Of a stretch of DNA of 64,000 nucleotides, positions 1-10,447 are shown one piece after another. Location: assembly GCA_964016885.1 (NCBI GenBank), contig OZ024743.1, positions 14,880,001 to 14,944,000 on the forward strand. Reading direction: 5' to 3'. Below the pieces are notes generated by a model. The model did no database searches, had not been told where the DNA came from, and saw only the letters and a list, made by a program, of their open reading frames with translations. The DNA is from Eledone cirrhosa. Taxonomy: Eukaryota. Each line of letters opens with the position of its first letter. Positions within the stretch are counted from its first letter, which is position 1. A program made the translations under genes and the position numbers.

Positions 1-242
1 ATAGGATTTCAAAATAATACATATACACATACGCATGCACACATAAAAACATACGCATGCACACACAGACACGCTATCACACACACATCTATCTACCTAT
101 CTATCTATCTGTCATTCTATCTATCAATCAATCTCTCTCTATATATATAGGGATTGTAACGTCCTGTTTCTGTAGGGTCACCAGGGGGAGCACTCGATGC
201 GTAGTTTCCAGTTAGTATAGAGGTGCAGTATTAAGAAGTGTG

Positions 243-255
243 TAATAATAATAAT

Positions 256-300
<45 letters not shown>
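243..300. repeat. (TAA)n microsatellite forming the tail/target of the adjacent Tx1-like LINE
   Basis: Direct taa run abutting the 3' end of the minus-strand LINE. Confidence 0.9.
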
Positions 301-302
<2 letters not shown>

Positions 303-2336
303 TTTCTTTATTGGCTACAGGGGCTGACATCAAGAAAAATATTACAGGCGGCACATGACGGTACAGGACGGTATGATGTGGGTTTTGTGCGTGTAAATAT
401 TTTCATTATTTATATAAGAAAAGAAAAGAAAGACATAGAAACATATATATATAAACAATAAAAATGAAAATTGAAACAATGAAAAATTCTCCAATGGTGG
501 GGAAACACCGAGGGATACTCGTGGCGAAAACCACACAAAGGAACCACGGCCACCTTGACCACCAGGGCAAGCGCCCTCTTTCAATTTTTCCATCTCTCAA
601 ACTACAGACGTAGATTCAGAGCGGTCCCGTTCGCTCGGACCATTCTCGCTACATTCACCCACCTTTCAACAAACTTGCTAGAAGGCAGCACTTGCATCTC
701 CACCCTGATTTTCCTCTTCAAGTGAAACTTGAAAAAGTTAATCGGGGATTTGCCGAACAGGAAAGTATCTGTCTTTAACCCTTTCAACCTTGTCCACCAC
801 ATAATCTCTTCGCCATGGCCACCAGACAGATGAAAACCGCCTGCCCTTCCTCCTCGAAGGAAGACGGCGAGACCATCTGCACAATGGATTCAGTCGATAA
901 CCGGATCAGTTCTACACGCGACAGCAACTGTTCGACACTGAACGAGTGCGTGCACGGCGGTTTCGTCGCTCTGCGCGCATCTCGGACAGGCCCAGCTGAA
1001 GGCACTTCCGTGCCTGTAGAGCTTATCCCGGACCGACAACGCGTCCCCGGTAGCACTGCCAGGGAAGGGATTTCTGGAAGTTGTCCATAGGCCCCGGTCT
1101 GAAAGTTCTCCGGAAGAGAACAAACAGCTGATCTTCTTCGACGCCCAGGATTTCTCCGAGAACGTCGTCGCTCTTCCCCTCCACTAGTCCTCTATAGAAC
1201 GCCGAGTTGGATGTTCGACCGATACTGGTGCCCAGCTGGCAGAGGGCAGTGAGCGCTTGGAGACATTCCAGTTTGCAATCGCTATCCCTCAGTCCATTCT
1301 GACGCAGGACTGCAGCTCCGTCAAGGAGACGAGCTGTGGGAAAACGTGCCTGGCGAACGGCGACCACACCTGTTCACCGTCAAGGAAGTACCAGAGATGT
1401 CGCCGCCTCATCGTATGTTTGCGCATCATCAGCCATGGCATGCCCAGTCCTCAACGCAACGGGTGGTGACAGCAAATGGATCGGCTGACCATGAGAGCGC
1501 GTCCCTTCCACAAAAAGCGGAACAGGAGGTCCTCCATTTTGGTGAGAGTTGGGCCGGGGCAAGGGACGACGGTGAGGCGGTAGCAGCTGACGGATGTGCG
1601 CATTCGCCACCTCCGACCGGCCTTTCAGGGACAGCTTCCTCTCGGCCAATTTCTGGGTGAGAGAGGCCACCTTGCTCGTAACCTCGCTCCAGTTTTTCTC
1701 CATCTGGAGATCCGGTCCGAACAAGACTCTGAGCAAATTTAAACGGTCCGTCCATCCAACGCCCCACGACGCTGTCAGACGGAATGGACTTGCCTCTTCA
1801 GGTGCCGAGCTGCAAGCCCATCGACTTTTCCTGGTTTATCTTTGCTCCTGTGACCGCTTCGTATTCCTTGAGAGCGGTGCAGAGCATCTGAACGTGTCTT
1901 GTGCTCGACACCACCACGGTTACGTCGTCGGCGTAAGCTGACTCGGAATTCCCGCATCCCAGTTCGCGTGGGACGCCCCTCATCACCCCCAGTTTGTGCA
2001 GTAACGGCTCGAGAGACAAAACGTACAAGAGAGGGGACAAACCTGGCGGACCGAGCGCATGATGCTGAATGGCTGCGACAGGCGACCGTTCACCCTCACA
2101 ACCGAGCAGAAGTCGCTATACATCGCAGCGGGTCCGAATCAGGCTGCCTCGAGGACCGCCGCCAGGTACCGATGGTCGACCCTATCGAATGCTTTAGATT
2201 GATCCAAGTTGATCAGGGCCCCACCCGTGCCAGGTTCCTTAACCACTCTCTCTATGATGTATCGCATGAGGTGGAGGCTGTCGTGTATGGATCTGCCCGG
2301 AATGGCGCATGTCTGCGCCTCTCCCACCAGACCCTT
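301..2336 (-). mobile_element. 5'-truncated, frameshifted Tx1/L1-clade LINE (diverged subfamily): RT C-half, C-terminal Cys domain, 3' UTR
   Basis: ORF fragments GEAQTCAIPGR, LDQSKAFDRVDH, SAYADDVTV, CPRC...HALVQC are homologous to ORF2 at 4951-8370; (TAA)n on both sides. Confidence 0.9.
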
Positions 2337-2511
2337 TAATAATAATACTTTTTTTAAAATTATAATCAATGTGCGGTATTAACTGGCTTACCAATGCACA
2401 CTGTGAATTTATTTGACCTAGGTGTCAGGAAGACACTCGACATATATCTCAGAAACAATAATGAAAGAACATAAAAAAAATAATAATGTTAAAAATAATA
2501 ATAATAATAAT

Positions 2512-3469
2512 GCTTTCTTTATTACCCACAAGGGTTTACATAAAGTAGATATTAAAGACAGTACAGGACAATACAGGACGGTACAAATCGGCATTTCTGC
2601 GTGTAAAAAAACAAAAACAGAGGATGTAACAAAAAAAGAACAATGAAAAATTCCCCAATAGGGGGAGACCTCCGAAGGCCATCGTGGAGAAATCCCATTA
2701 AAAAAAAGCCACGGTGACCCTGACCACCAGGGCAAGTGCCCTCTCCCAATTCTACACCTTCAATTTACAGGCACATACTCAGAATAGACCTATTCACACG
2801 GGCCATTCTTGCCTCCCTCACCCATCTTTCAACAAAATGCTGGGAAGAGAGCATTTCCTTCTCTACCCTGATTTTCCTTTTCAAATGAAATTTGAAAAAG
2901 TTAATCAGGGCATCACCGAAGCGGTAAGTGCTCGTCTTCAGCCCTTTCAGGCGCGTCCACCACACTATCTCTTTCGCCATGGACACCAGACAGATAAAAA
3001 CTGCCTGCCCTTCTCGGCTAAATGAAGAGGGCGGGGCAATCCTCACGATGGACTTAGCTGATAGCCGGATCCGTTCTACACGTCACAACAGGTGTTCGAC
3101 ATAAACCCACAAGTCAGCAATGCTCTGACACTGGACGAATGCATGCAGGACGGTTTCGTCGCCCTACGCGCATCTCGGACATGCCCGTCTGACGACACTT
3201 CCATGATTATAGAGTTTATCCCGAACTGGCAAAGGTCCTTGGTAGCACTGCCATAACAGGGATTTCTGGAAATTGTCCATAGGTCTCGGCCCGAAAGTTC
3301 ATCCGAATAGATTGGCTAGTTGGTTTTTCGTCGACGCCTAGACTTTCCCCAAGTACGTCGCCGCTCTTCCCCTCCACTAATGCTATATAGAATGCCAAGG
3401 TGGAGTTTTCACCGATCACATTGCCCGACTGGTCGAGTGCAGTGAGCGCATGAAGACATTCCAGTCTCC
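2512..3469 (-). mobile_element. 5'-truncated 3' fragment of the Tx1-like LINE
   Basis: Close match to the 3' end and UTR of the full-length copy (WRLECL...MARVN..LSMCL); taa runs at 2494-2511 and 3470-3483. Confidence 0.9.
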
Positions 3470-3821
3470 AATAATAGTAATAAGGACGAGCTGTTATGTG
3501 TTCATTACGATTATTGAGCAGTGACACATTCTTCGCTATTGATGAGCTCAAGATTCGATCTGTATCGATCTAGCCCGACTCGGGAATCAAACGCTCGTCG
3601 GACATACTGGCATCACCACAACAGAGATCTGGAGAGCTAGATAGGTGCATATTAAGCCTTGACTGATCAATAACGAAACGCACGGCACTACTCCATAAAT
3701 ATAATTAAGACATAACAAAGCTTCCCTTTTATTGTTATTATTATCCTTATTATACACACGTACACTCACACACACATACACATACACGCGCACACACATA
3801 CATATATATATATACATATAT

Positions 3822-3906
3822 AACGAAGGAGTTGTGGTAAGGAACCAGATGGACCATATCCCACCAGAGTACTCAATACTTAGGGTAGTAGAGTGGGTAA
3901 TAGGAA
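3822..3906 (-). repeat. Short interspersed repeat module (same family as 29571, 42031, 62781), probably a PLE pLTR end
   Basis: Reverse complement of 62838-62922 (ttcctattacccactctactaccctaagtattgagtact...ccttcgtta); abuts (TA)n. Confidence 0.7.
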
Positions 3907-3923
3907 AATGTATGGCCACCACG

Positions 3924-4628
3924 GCAGGCCCTCAAAACGAAGTGGTTGAAACACCATATTTACAAGGAGGAGGCTAGCCCACTGTGCAGGATCTGTGGAG
4001 AGAGAGCAGAGACTGGCTCACATTGTATCCGAGTGTAAACACCTAGCCCAGACCCACTATAAGGGCTGGAGACATGATGTGATGGGCAGGGTGATCCACT
4101 GGCACCTGTGCAAAGTAAACAATTTACCACATTCTGAGAAATGGTATGAGCATAGGCCAGAGGCGGTGATGGAGAACGATCAGGTGAAGGTGCTGTGGGA
4201 TTTTAGGATACAGACGGACAAGAAACTGTAACACAATAGACCTGACCTGGTGGTTGTGGACAAAGAAAAAAGAGCGTGTCTGATTGTGGATGTGGCCTGC
4301 CCATTCGACACGAGAGTGCAAGAGAAGGAGAGGGAGGAAATTAACCGATACCAGGACTTAAAGTGGGAGGTAAAAAGGATTTGGAACTGCCAAGAAGTCA
4401 AAGTGATCCCGATTGTCATAGGCGCACTGGGGACTATCTCCAAAAGTTTCCAGGGATGGTTAAAGAAAATCGGCCCCTTCACGCTTTTTGGAACGCTTCA
4501 AAAGGCATGCTTGCTGGGAACAGCAAGAACCCTCCGATACGTCCTGAATATCTGAGGCTGCAGGTAGTGGCTTGATATTCATTCCAACGGACTTTCCAGT
4601 TAACCAACATCAATGACTGAGATTCAAG

Positions 4629-4630
<2 letters not shown>
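3924..4630 (+). mobile_element. 3' fragment of R4/Dong-like RLE LINE (CCHC + restriction-like endonuclease + 3' UTR)
   Basis: AHIVSECK...RHD...WDFRIQTD...PDLVV...IVDVACPFD; nearly identical to 14165-14880; ends in (AAT)n 4630-4685. Confidence 0.92.
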
Positions 4631-4688
<58 letters not shown>

Positions 4689-4950
4689 TTTCTTTATTAA
4701 CCACAAGGGTTTACATAAAGTAGACATTAAGGACAGTGCAGGACAATGCAGGACGGTACAAATGGGCATTTCTGCGTGTAAAAAAAAACAAAAACAGAGG
4801 ATGTAACAAAAATAACAATGAAAATAACAATGAAAAATTCCCCAATAGGGGGGAGACTTCGGAGGGACATTTGTGGAGAAAGCCCAGTAAAAAGCCACAA
4901 TGACCCTGACCACCAAGGCAAGTGCCCTCTCCCAGTTTTCCACCTTTAGT

Positions 4951-7900
4951 TTACAGATATATACTCAGAGTCGGCCCATTCACTCGGGCCATTCTTGCTT
5001 CTCTCACCCATCTTTCAACAAAATGCTGGGAAGAGAGCACTTCCTTCTCTACTCTGATTTTCCTTTTCAAATGAAATTTGAAAAAGTCAATCAGAGCATC
5101 ACCGAAGAGGTAAGTGCTCGTCTTCAGCCCTTTCAAACGTGTCCACCATACTATCTCTTTCGCCATGGCCACCAGACAGATAAAAACTGCCTGCCCTTCC
5201 CGGCTAAAGGAGGAGGGCGGGGCAATCCTCACGATAGACTCAGATGATAGCTGGATCCGTCCTAAACGCGACAGCAGGTGTTCGACATAAACCCACAAGT
5301 CAGCAATTTTCGGACACTGGACGAGTGCGTGCAGGACGGTTTCGTCGCCCTGCGCGCATCTCGGACATGCCCGGCTGACGGCACCTCCATGCCTGTAGAG
5401 TTTATCCCGAACTGGCAAGGCTCCTCGGTAGCACTGCCAGGCCAGAGATTTCTGGAAGTTGTCCATAGGCCCCGGCCCGAAAGTTCTTCCGAAGAGATTG
5501 GCTAGTTGATTTTCGTCGACGCCTAGAGTTTCCCCAAGTACGTCGTCGCTCTTCCCCTCCACTAATCCTCTATAGAACGCCGAGGTGGAGTTTCCACCGA
5601 TCACATTGCCCGATTGGTCGAGGGCTGTGAGCGCCTGAAGACATTCCAGTCTCCAGGCGCTCCCTCTCGGTCTTCGCTTGACCCAGGACTGCAGCTCCGT
5701 CAAGGAAACGAGCTGGGGAAAAACGCGTCTAGCAAACGGCGACCACACCTGATCACCGTCGAGGAAGAGGTGGAGATGTCGTAGCCTGAGCGCGTGCCTG
5801 CGCATCATCAGCCACGGCATGCCCAGCCCTCCACGTAGCGGGTGTTGACAACAGATGGACCGCCTGACCATCGGAGCACGTCCCTTCCACAAAAAGCGAA
5901 AGAGCAAACGCTCCAGCGCAGTCAGGCGAGGCTTAGGACAAGGTACGACGGTTAGGCGGTAGCAGATGACAGACGCGATGTACGCGTTAGCCACCTCCGC
6001 TCGACCTTTCAGGGATAGCTTCCTCTCCGCCCATTTCTGGGTGAGAGAAGCCACCCTGCTCGTCACCTCGTCCCAGTTTTTGTCCGTCTGGAGGTCCGGA
6101 CCGAACCAGACCCCTAGCAATTTAACCGGTCCGTCCGTCCAGCGCCCGACGACGCTGTTGGACGGCATGGACCTGCCTCTCCAGGTGCCGAGCTGCAGGC
6201 CCACTGACTTTTCCTGGTTGATCATTGCTCCTGTCACCGCTTCGTATTCTCTTAGTGTAGTGCCGATCGCCTCGATGTGTTTGGCGTTCGACACCACTAC
6301 GGTGACATCGTACGCATATGCTGACACGGATCTTCCGCATCCTAGTTCGCGCGGGACTCCCCTCAACGTCTCCAGTTTGTGCAGTAATGGCTCGAGAGTC
6401 AATACGTACAAGAGGGACGAGAGGGGACATCCTTGGCGGACCGAGCGCATGATGTTGAACGGTTCCGACAGGTGACCGTTCACTCTCACCACAGAGCAGA
6501 TGTCGCTGTACATGGCAGCGATCCAGCCTCTGAAGACGGGCCCAAAGCCAGCCGCCCTCAGGACTGCCGCTAGGTAACGATGGTCGACCCTATCGAAAGC
6601 TTTCGACTGATCTAAATTGATCAAGGACCCACCCGTGCCAGGTTCCCTAGCTACCCTCTCTACGATGTATCGCATGAGGTGGAGGTTGTCGTGGATGGAT
6701 CTGTCGGGAATGGCGCATGTCTGCGCCTCTCCCACCAGACCACCAACGACAAGCGCCAACCTCTTTGCTAGCACCTTGGCCAAAATCTTAAACTCTGTGT
6801 TTAGCAGAGTTATGGGCCGGAAATTGTCTATGTTATCCCCCTTGTTCGGATCCTTTCTCAGCAGTGCCACCGCTCCTCGGCTCACAGAACTGGGAATTCT
6901 CCCGTTCTGTTGCCAGTTGCAGTAGACGTCCGCCAAGAGGCCTCCGAACAAGTCTGGCATCTGTACGTAAAGTTCATAGGGCAGACCATCCAAACCAGGC
7001 GATTTACCCCTTGTGCAGCCAGTCATTGCCTCCCTTACTTCAGCGGCTGTTATCGGCTTTTCGCAACACTTCGCCTCAGTGGCCGAGAGCCGCGGCAGTC
7101 CGTCGAGGTAGACACTAAAGTCCATCCCTCTACCCGGCCCACCGCTGCCCCCGAACAGCTGAGCGAAGTGTCGCTGAAAAGCTTCACACATTTGCCCGGG
7201 ATCGAGTAGCATGCGCCCGTCGTGGTCCACCAAAGACCGGATCGTGGCTTTGTTGCCACGACGCGCCTCCTCCACTCGGGCCCATTGCACGGCTTTCGTC
7301 CCCTCGTGTCTGAGAGCACGCACCCTTGCTCTGACAACGCAGCCTTCGTGCTTTGCATTGAAGAATTGGTCAAGGGCCAATTTCGCCGCAAGCACGTCGG
7401 TCGCAATGCCTTTGCTAAGCGCCTCGTCTAATTTTCTAACTAGTTCTCCCTCTGCTCTATTTTTCTCTATTGCTAAAGCCTTACTAAACCTAATCGATTC
7501 TATTCTAATCGCTCTTTTCAGAGCAAACCACCACTTGTTGTTGACGATGGCCCCCGTCAACGCCCGCTTAACTAGTTCGCTAATCCGGTCTCTGTAGGCC
7601 TTGCGCGCTGGTAAGGACGCGTTTAGCTTCCAGTAGCCGGGTCCTCGTCTATGAAGCCTATCTAAGTCAAGCACACAGATCACGAATTTGTGGTCCGTGT
7701 AGCTGACTATCTTGAATTGTGGACAGCCTATGCTAGACCTATCTATTTCCCTACAAAATACTCTATCTAGATATGATCTGGATGACCCTATGCGGTTTGT
7801 CCAAGTCCACATTGGCACATTCGGGAAATCCAATCGGTACCTGTCAGACAGTTCAAAACGCCTGAGCAGGTTGGTGAGGCTCTTGCACCCTCCACCCCTA

Positions 7901-8370
7901 TCCGCTAATCCCACACAGTCCCAGCGTGCATCTAAGATCCCGTTCCAGTCGCCCACTAACACTAAAGAGCGGGACGTTCCAAGAAAGGTCTCCAGACGCC
8001 GGAAGAAATCAGGCCGCCCTGCTCCTGTCGGGGCATAGACGGCCACTAGCCTGAAAGCTTGCCCGTCTCCGCTGGTCACGTCCAGCACCACCAGCTTACC
8101 CTCTGGGTCCAGGAAGATGGCCCGTATGGCGAGATCCAAACCTCTCCGAAAAAGCACAGCAACTCCTCCACCGGATCCAGGACGGCTGGGAGATGCGTAC
8201 ACATCGAAGCCGCCGAAGATCGGTGCGAAGGCCCGTGCTTCGGAGATTCTGGTCTCGCTGATGGCCACTACATCTATGTTTAGTGACCTGAGGTCGTTGA
8301 GCAGGTGACCCTGCTTCCATGACGACCCCAAGCCACGCGCATTTATGCTGCCTATTCTGAGTGAGGTCAT
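4951..8370 (-). CDS. LINE ORF2, 1139 aa: APE endonuclease, reverse transcriptase, C-terminal Cys/His domain; RT motif mutated to YAYD
   Basis: SINARG, SET, VYAP, GDWN, LDR, TDH (APE); KSPGLDG, FRPITLLN, LDQSKAFDRVD, VRQGCPLS (RT); CPRC-x8-H-x4-C. Confidence 0.95.
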   Translation of the reverse strand: MTSLRIGSINARGLGSSWKQGHLLNDLRSLNIDVVAISETRISEARAFAPIFGGFDVYASPSRPGSGGGVAVLFRRGLDLAIRAIFLDPEGKLVVLDVTSGDGQAFRLVAVYAPTGAGRPDFFRRLETFLGTSRSLVLVGDWNGILDARWDCVGLADRGGGCKSLTNLLRRFELSDRYRLDFPNVPMWTWTNRIGSSRSYLDRVFCREIDRSSIGCPQFKIVSYTDHKFVICVLDLDRLHRRGPGYWKLNASLPARKAYRDRISELVKRALTGAIVNNKWWFALKRAIRIESIRFSKALAIEKNRAEGELVRKLDEALSKGIATDVLAAKLALDQFFNAKHEGCVVRARVRALRHEGTKAVQWARVEEARRGNKATIRSLVDHDGRMLLDPGQMCEAFQRHFAQLFGGSGGPGRGMDFSVYLDGLPRLSATEAKCCEKPITAAEVREAMTGCTRGKSPGLDGLPYELYVQMPDLFGGLLADVYCNWQQNGRIPSSVSRGAVALLRKDPNKGDNIDNFRPITLLNTEFKILAKVLAKRLALVVGGLVGEAQTCAIPDRSIHDNLHLMRYIVERVAREPGTGGSLINLDQSKAFDRVDHRYLAAVLRAAGFGPVFRGWIAAMYSDICSVVRVNGHLSEPFNIMRSVRQGCPLSSLLYVLTLEPLLHKLETLRGVPRELGCGRSVSAYAYDVTVVVSNAKHIEAIGTTLREYEAVTGAMINQEKSVGLQLGTWRGRSMPSNSVVGRWTDGPVKLLGVWFGPDLQTDKNWDEVTSRVASLTQKWAERKLSLKGRAEVANAYIASVICYRLTVVPCPKPRLTALERLLFRFLWKGRAPMVRRSICCQHPLRGGLGMPWLMMRRHALRLRHLHLFLDGDQVWSPFARRVFPQLVSLTELQSWVKRRPRGSAWRLECLQALTALDQSGNVIGGNSTSAFYRGLVEGKSDDVLGETLGVDENQLANLFGRTFGPGPMDNFQKSLAWQCYRGALPVRDKLYRHGGAVSRACPRCAQGDETVLHALVQCPKIADLWVYVEHLLSRLGRIQLSSESIVRIAPPSSFSREGQAVFICLVAMAKEIVWWTRLKGLKTSTYLFGDALIDFFKFHLKRKIRVEKEVLSSQHFVERWVREARMARVNGPTLSIYL

Positions 8371-8405
8371 GTTTAAAATAGAGTGGAAAAGATGGGAAAG
8401 ACCAC

Positions 8406-10103
8406 TTACCGTACTTTTGGTAGAGGAGGGATGGTTTTTACATCCCTTTTCACTTGATCGTCTGGTGAAGGGACCGTTGAATCGTCCCTTCGGCTGGTCG
8501 TCGGCTCTTCTAAGAGAATGTCTGAGTATACTCTTCGATTGATGGTTCCTCCTAGGTCCCTGAAATCACCAACTGCGTTGGGGAATTTCGTTTTAATATT
8601 TGTGTATTGTTTCTGTGCTATTTTTAGCAGTCTTATGTTAGTTGGCGTTTTGATTGGTGCTGGTATTATGTAGTCCTGTTGTGAAATGTCTGTGTGTTCA
8701 ATTATGTAAGTCATTAGTTTCTTGTTGTGTGTATTTATTGCCGTGCATTTGTTTTTCTGGGGGTGGGGTGTGGTTCTGCTATTTTCTTGTCGTTGTTGCT
8801 GGGTGTGTGTGTTTTGTTGTTGTGTTTGCGATGTTGGTGCTTGTGGTGGTGGTGTTGAAGGTGTTGTTGGCGGTGGGGTTGTCGCCGGTGGTGATGGTGG
8901 CGCTAGTGTGGGTGGTGATGGTGTTGGTGTTGTTGCTGCTGTGGGTCTCTTTGCAGTAGACTTTACCCTTTTCTCATTTCTTTCCTCCCTTTTCAAAGGC
9001 GACGATGCGCTGCTTCTGCGTTTGTGCCTTCTTGCGACCTTTTGCCATCCCTCTCCCACCTCACACTCCATGTCTGATTCTGTAAGGTCGGGGAGGGGTA
9101 CCAGCTCCACTCTTTCACTTGTTGTTGTTGGTGATGTTTGCACTGGAGTCTCTGTTGCAGCTGCATTTGGTATTGCTGTTGTTGTTGTTAATATTTCCAC
9201 TGCTGCTGCTGTTTTTGATTTCCGTGGAGTGGGTATGGGTGCCACGGACCTATCGTTCCTGGTTGCCGCTTGTCTTGTTGCTGGTAGCCGTGGAGCCGGA
9301 TTCGGAAGGAGGGGGGTTTTCTCCTTTCTCAGGGTCTTCTCGTTGCAGAAGGCCCTGAGGTGAGTCTTCGATCCACAGCGAAAGCATTTCGGGCGTTTGC
9401 CCTCAACACTTATGGGCAGTTGAGTGCCGTTATCGAAGTCTATCACATCCGGGATAGCTTTGATGCACTCCTGGTTGGTTTGGATTAGCATCTCAATGGA
9501 GGAGCCCACCCAATCTTCTCTTACTTTTTTCTGTACTTGCAGTACAGTTGTTTTGTCCTCGATTCCGACGAGGACAGACGCGGCCAGCCAAGAAGGGGTC
9601 ATTCCGGGGGGGAAGTGGGTCAGTTTGACCTTCACAATTTTTTGCCCACAGTAGGAGGGCACCAACACCATTTCCTCGCTCCTTAGGGTCACTACTGATT
9701 GGGCCTTTGCCTCCTGGGGTGTGGCAAAAAGTACGTCTACGGTGGCATATTTTTTGCCTCGGGTGATGTGCGTTTTCCGCTGCCACACAGACCCCAAGGC
9801 TTTTTGTATTTGGGCCTCTGTGGCTCTTTCCACCCTACGGGATTTTGTACTTACTGTACGGTACGTGACCGTACAGTGCTCTTGGGTTTCGAAAAATTTT
9901 TCCGCTGCCTTGCAGATTGCTCGGTGTCCGTTCTTTGTCACCATTATTATTCCTGACGTCAGACGAATGAACTGGGTTTTCGTATTTCCCGCACACCTGT
10001 TTCGTCGCTGTCGTCGTCGTCGTGGAGAAACCTTGCACGCTTTGCACGAGACTTTTCTTTTCTTTCGTCGCTTGCGAAAGAGAAGGGAGGGAGAGAGACA
10101 CAT
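8406..10103 (-). CDS. LINE ORF1 (Gag-like): probable RRM-type N-domain, CCHC zinc knuckle, long T/P/Q-rich linker; true start uncertain
   Basis: CFRCGSKTHLRAFC knuckle; directly upstream of ORF2; homologous to 47487-48942. Confidence 0.85.
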   Translation of the reverse strand: MCLSPSLLFRKRRKKRKVSCKACKVSPRRRRQRRNRCAGNTKTQFIRLTSGIIMVTKNGHRAICKAAEKFFETQEHCTVTYRTVSTKSRRVERATEAQIQKALGSVWQRKTHITRGKKYATVDVLFATPQEAKAQSVVTLRSEEMVLVPSYCGQKIVKVKLTHFPPGMTPSWLAASVLVGIEDKTTVLQVQKKVREDWVGSSIEMLIQTNQECIKAIPDVIDFDNGTQLPISVEGKRPKCFRCGSKTHLRAFCNEKTLRKEKTPLLPNPAPRLPATRQAATRNDRSVAPIPTPRKSKTAAAVEILTTTTAIPNAAATETPVQTSPTTTSERVELVPLPDLTESDMECEVGEGWQKVARRHKRRSSASSPLKREERNEKRVKSTAKRPTAATTPTPSPPTLAPPSPPATTPPPTTPSTPPPQAPTSQTQQQNTHTQQQRQENSRTTPHPQKNKCTAINTHNKKLMTYIIEHTDISQQDYIIPAPIKTPTNIRLLKIAQKQYTNIKTKFPNAVGDFRDLGGTINRRVYSDILLEEPTTSRRDDSTVPSPDDQVKRDVKTIPPLPKVR

Positions 10104-10447
10104 TTAAAGAAGGGAGGGAGAGAGACAATCTTCTCTCTGCTGTAGTGATGATTGAGGAAGAAGAAGACGGAATGAGTGGGAGTGACGTATGAAATTTCTT
10201 TTTCGTAGCCATGTTTTTTTGTTTAAAATGAAATTTTGGGTACAAAACCCCAATAACTGGTTATTTAACCCCGAAGGGCCAAATAACGGACAGAAAGACC
10301 CCTCTCACGAGGAGGAGGGTGTCTTTATCAACAATTTGGTTCAAGTTTTAAACAATTTACAATTGTTTTAACGGTTAAAAATTACTATACCTTACAGAGC
10401 CGAGCCTCCGTCAACCATGGCATTCAATAATAATAATAATAATAATA

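Larger units (their letters stand above)
4686..10425 (-). mobile_element. Apparently full-length Tx1/L1-clade LINE (5' UTR, ORF1, ORF2, 3' UTR) inserted in (TAA)n
   Basis: Two tandem ORFs; AATAAA just before the (ATT)n tail; (AAT)n on both flanks (4630-4685, 10426-10447). Confidence 0.92.

Noticed and set aside
3535-3685. Hammerhead in tgatgag... / ctgatcaataacgaaac
   Set aside because: Core incomplete and no stem II
5278-9956. Many + strand ORFs over the Tx1 element
   Set aside because: Antisense shadows of ORF1/ORF2 with no motifs
9835-10245. Programmed frameshift joining MATKKK... to ORF1
   Set aside because: Both copies have an upstream ATGGCT frame, but there is no clear slippery site and copy B is degenerate; a simple indel suffices
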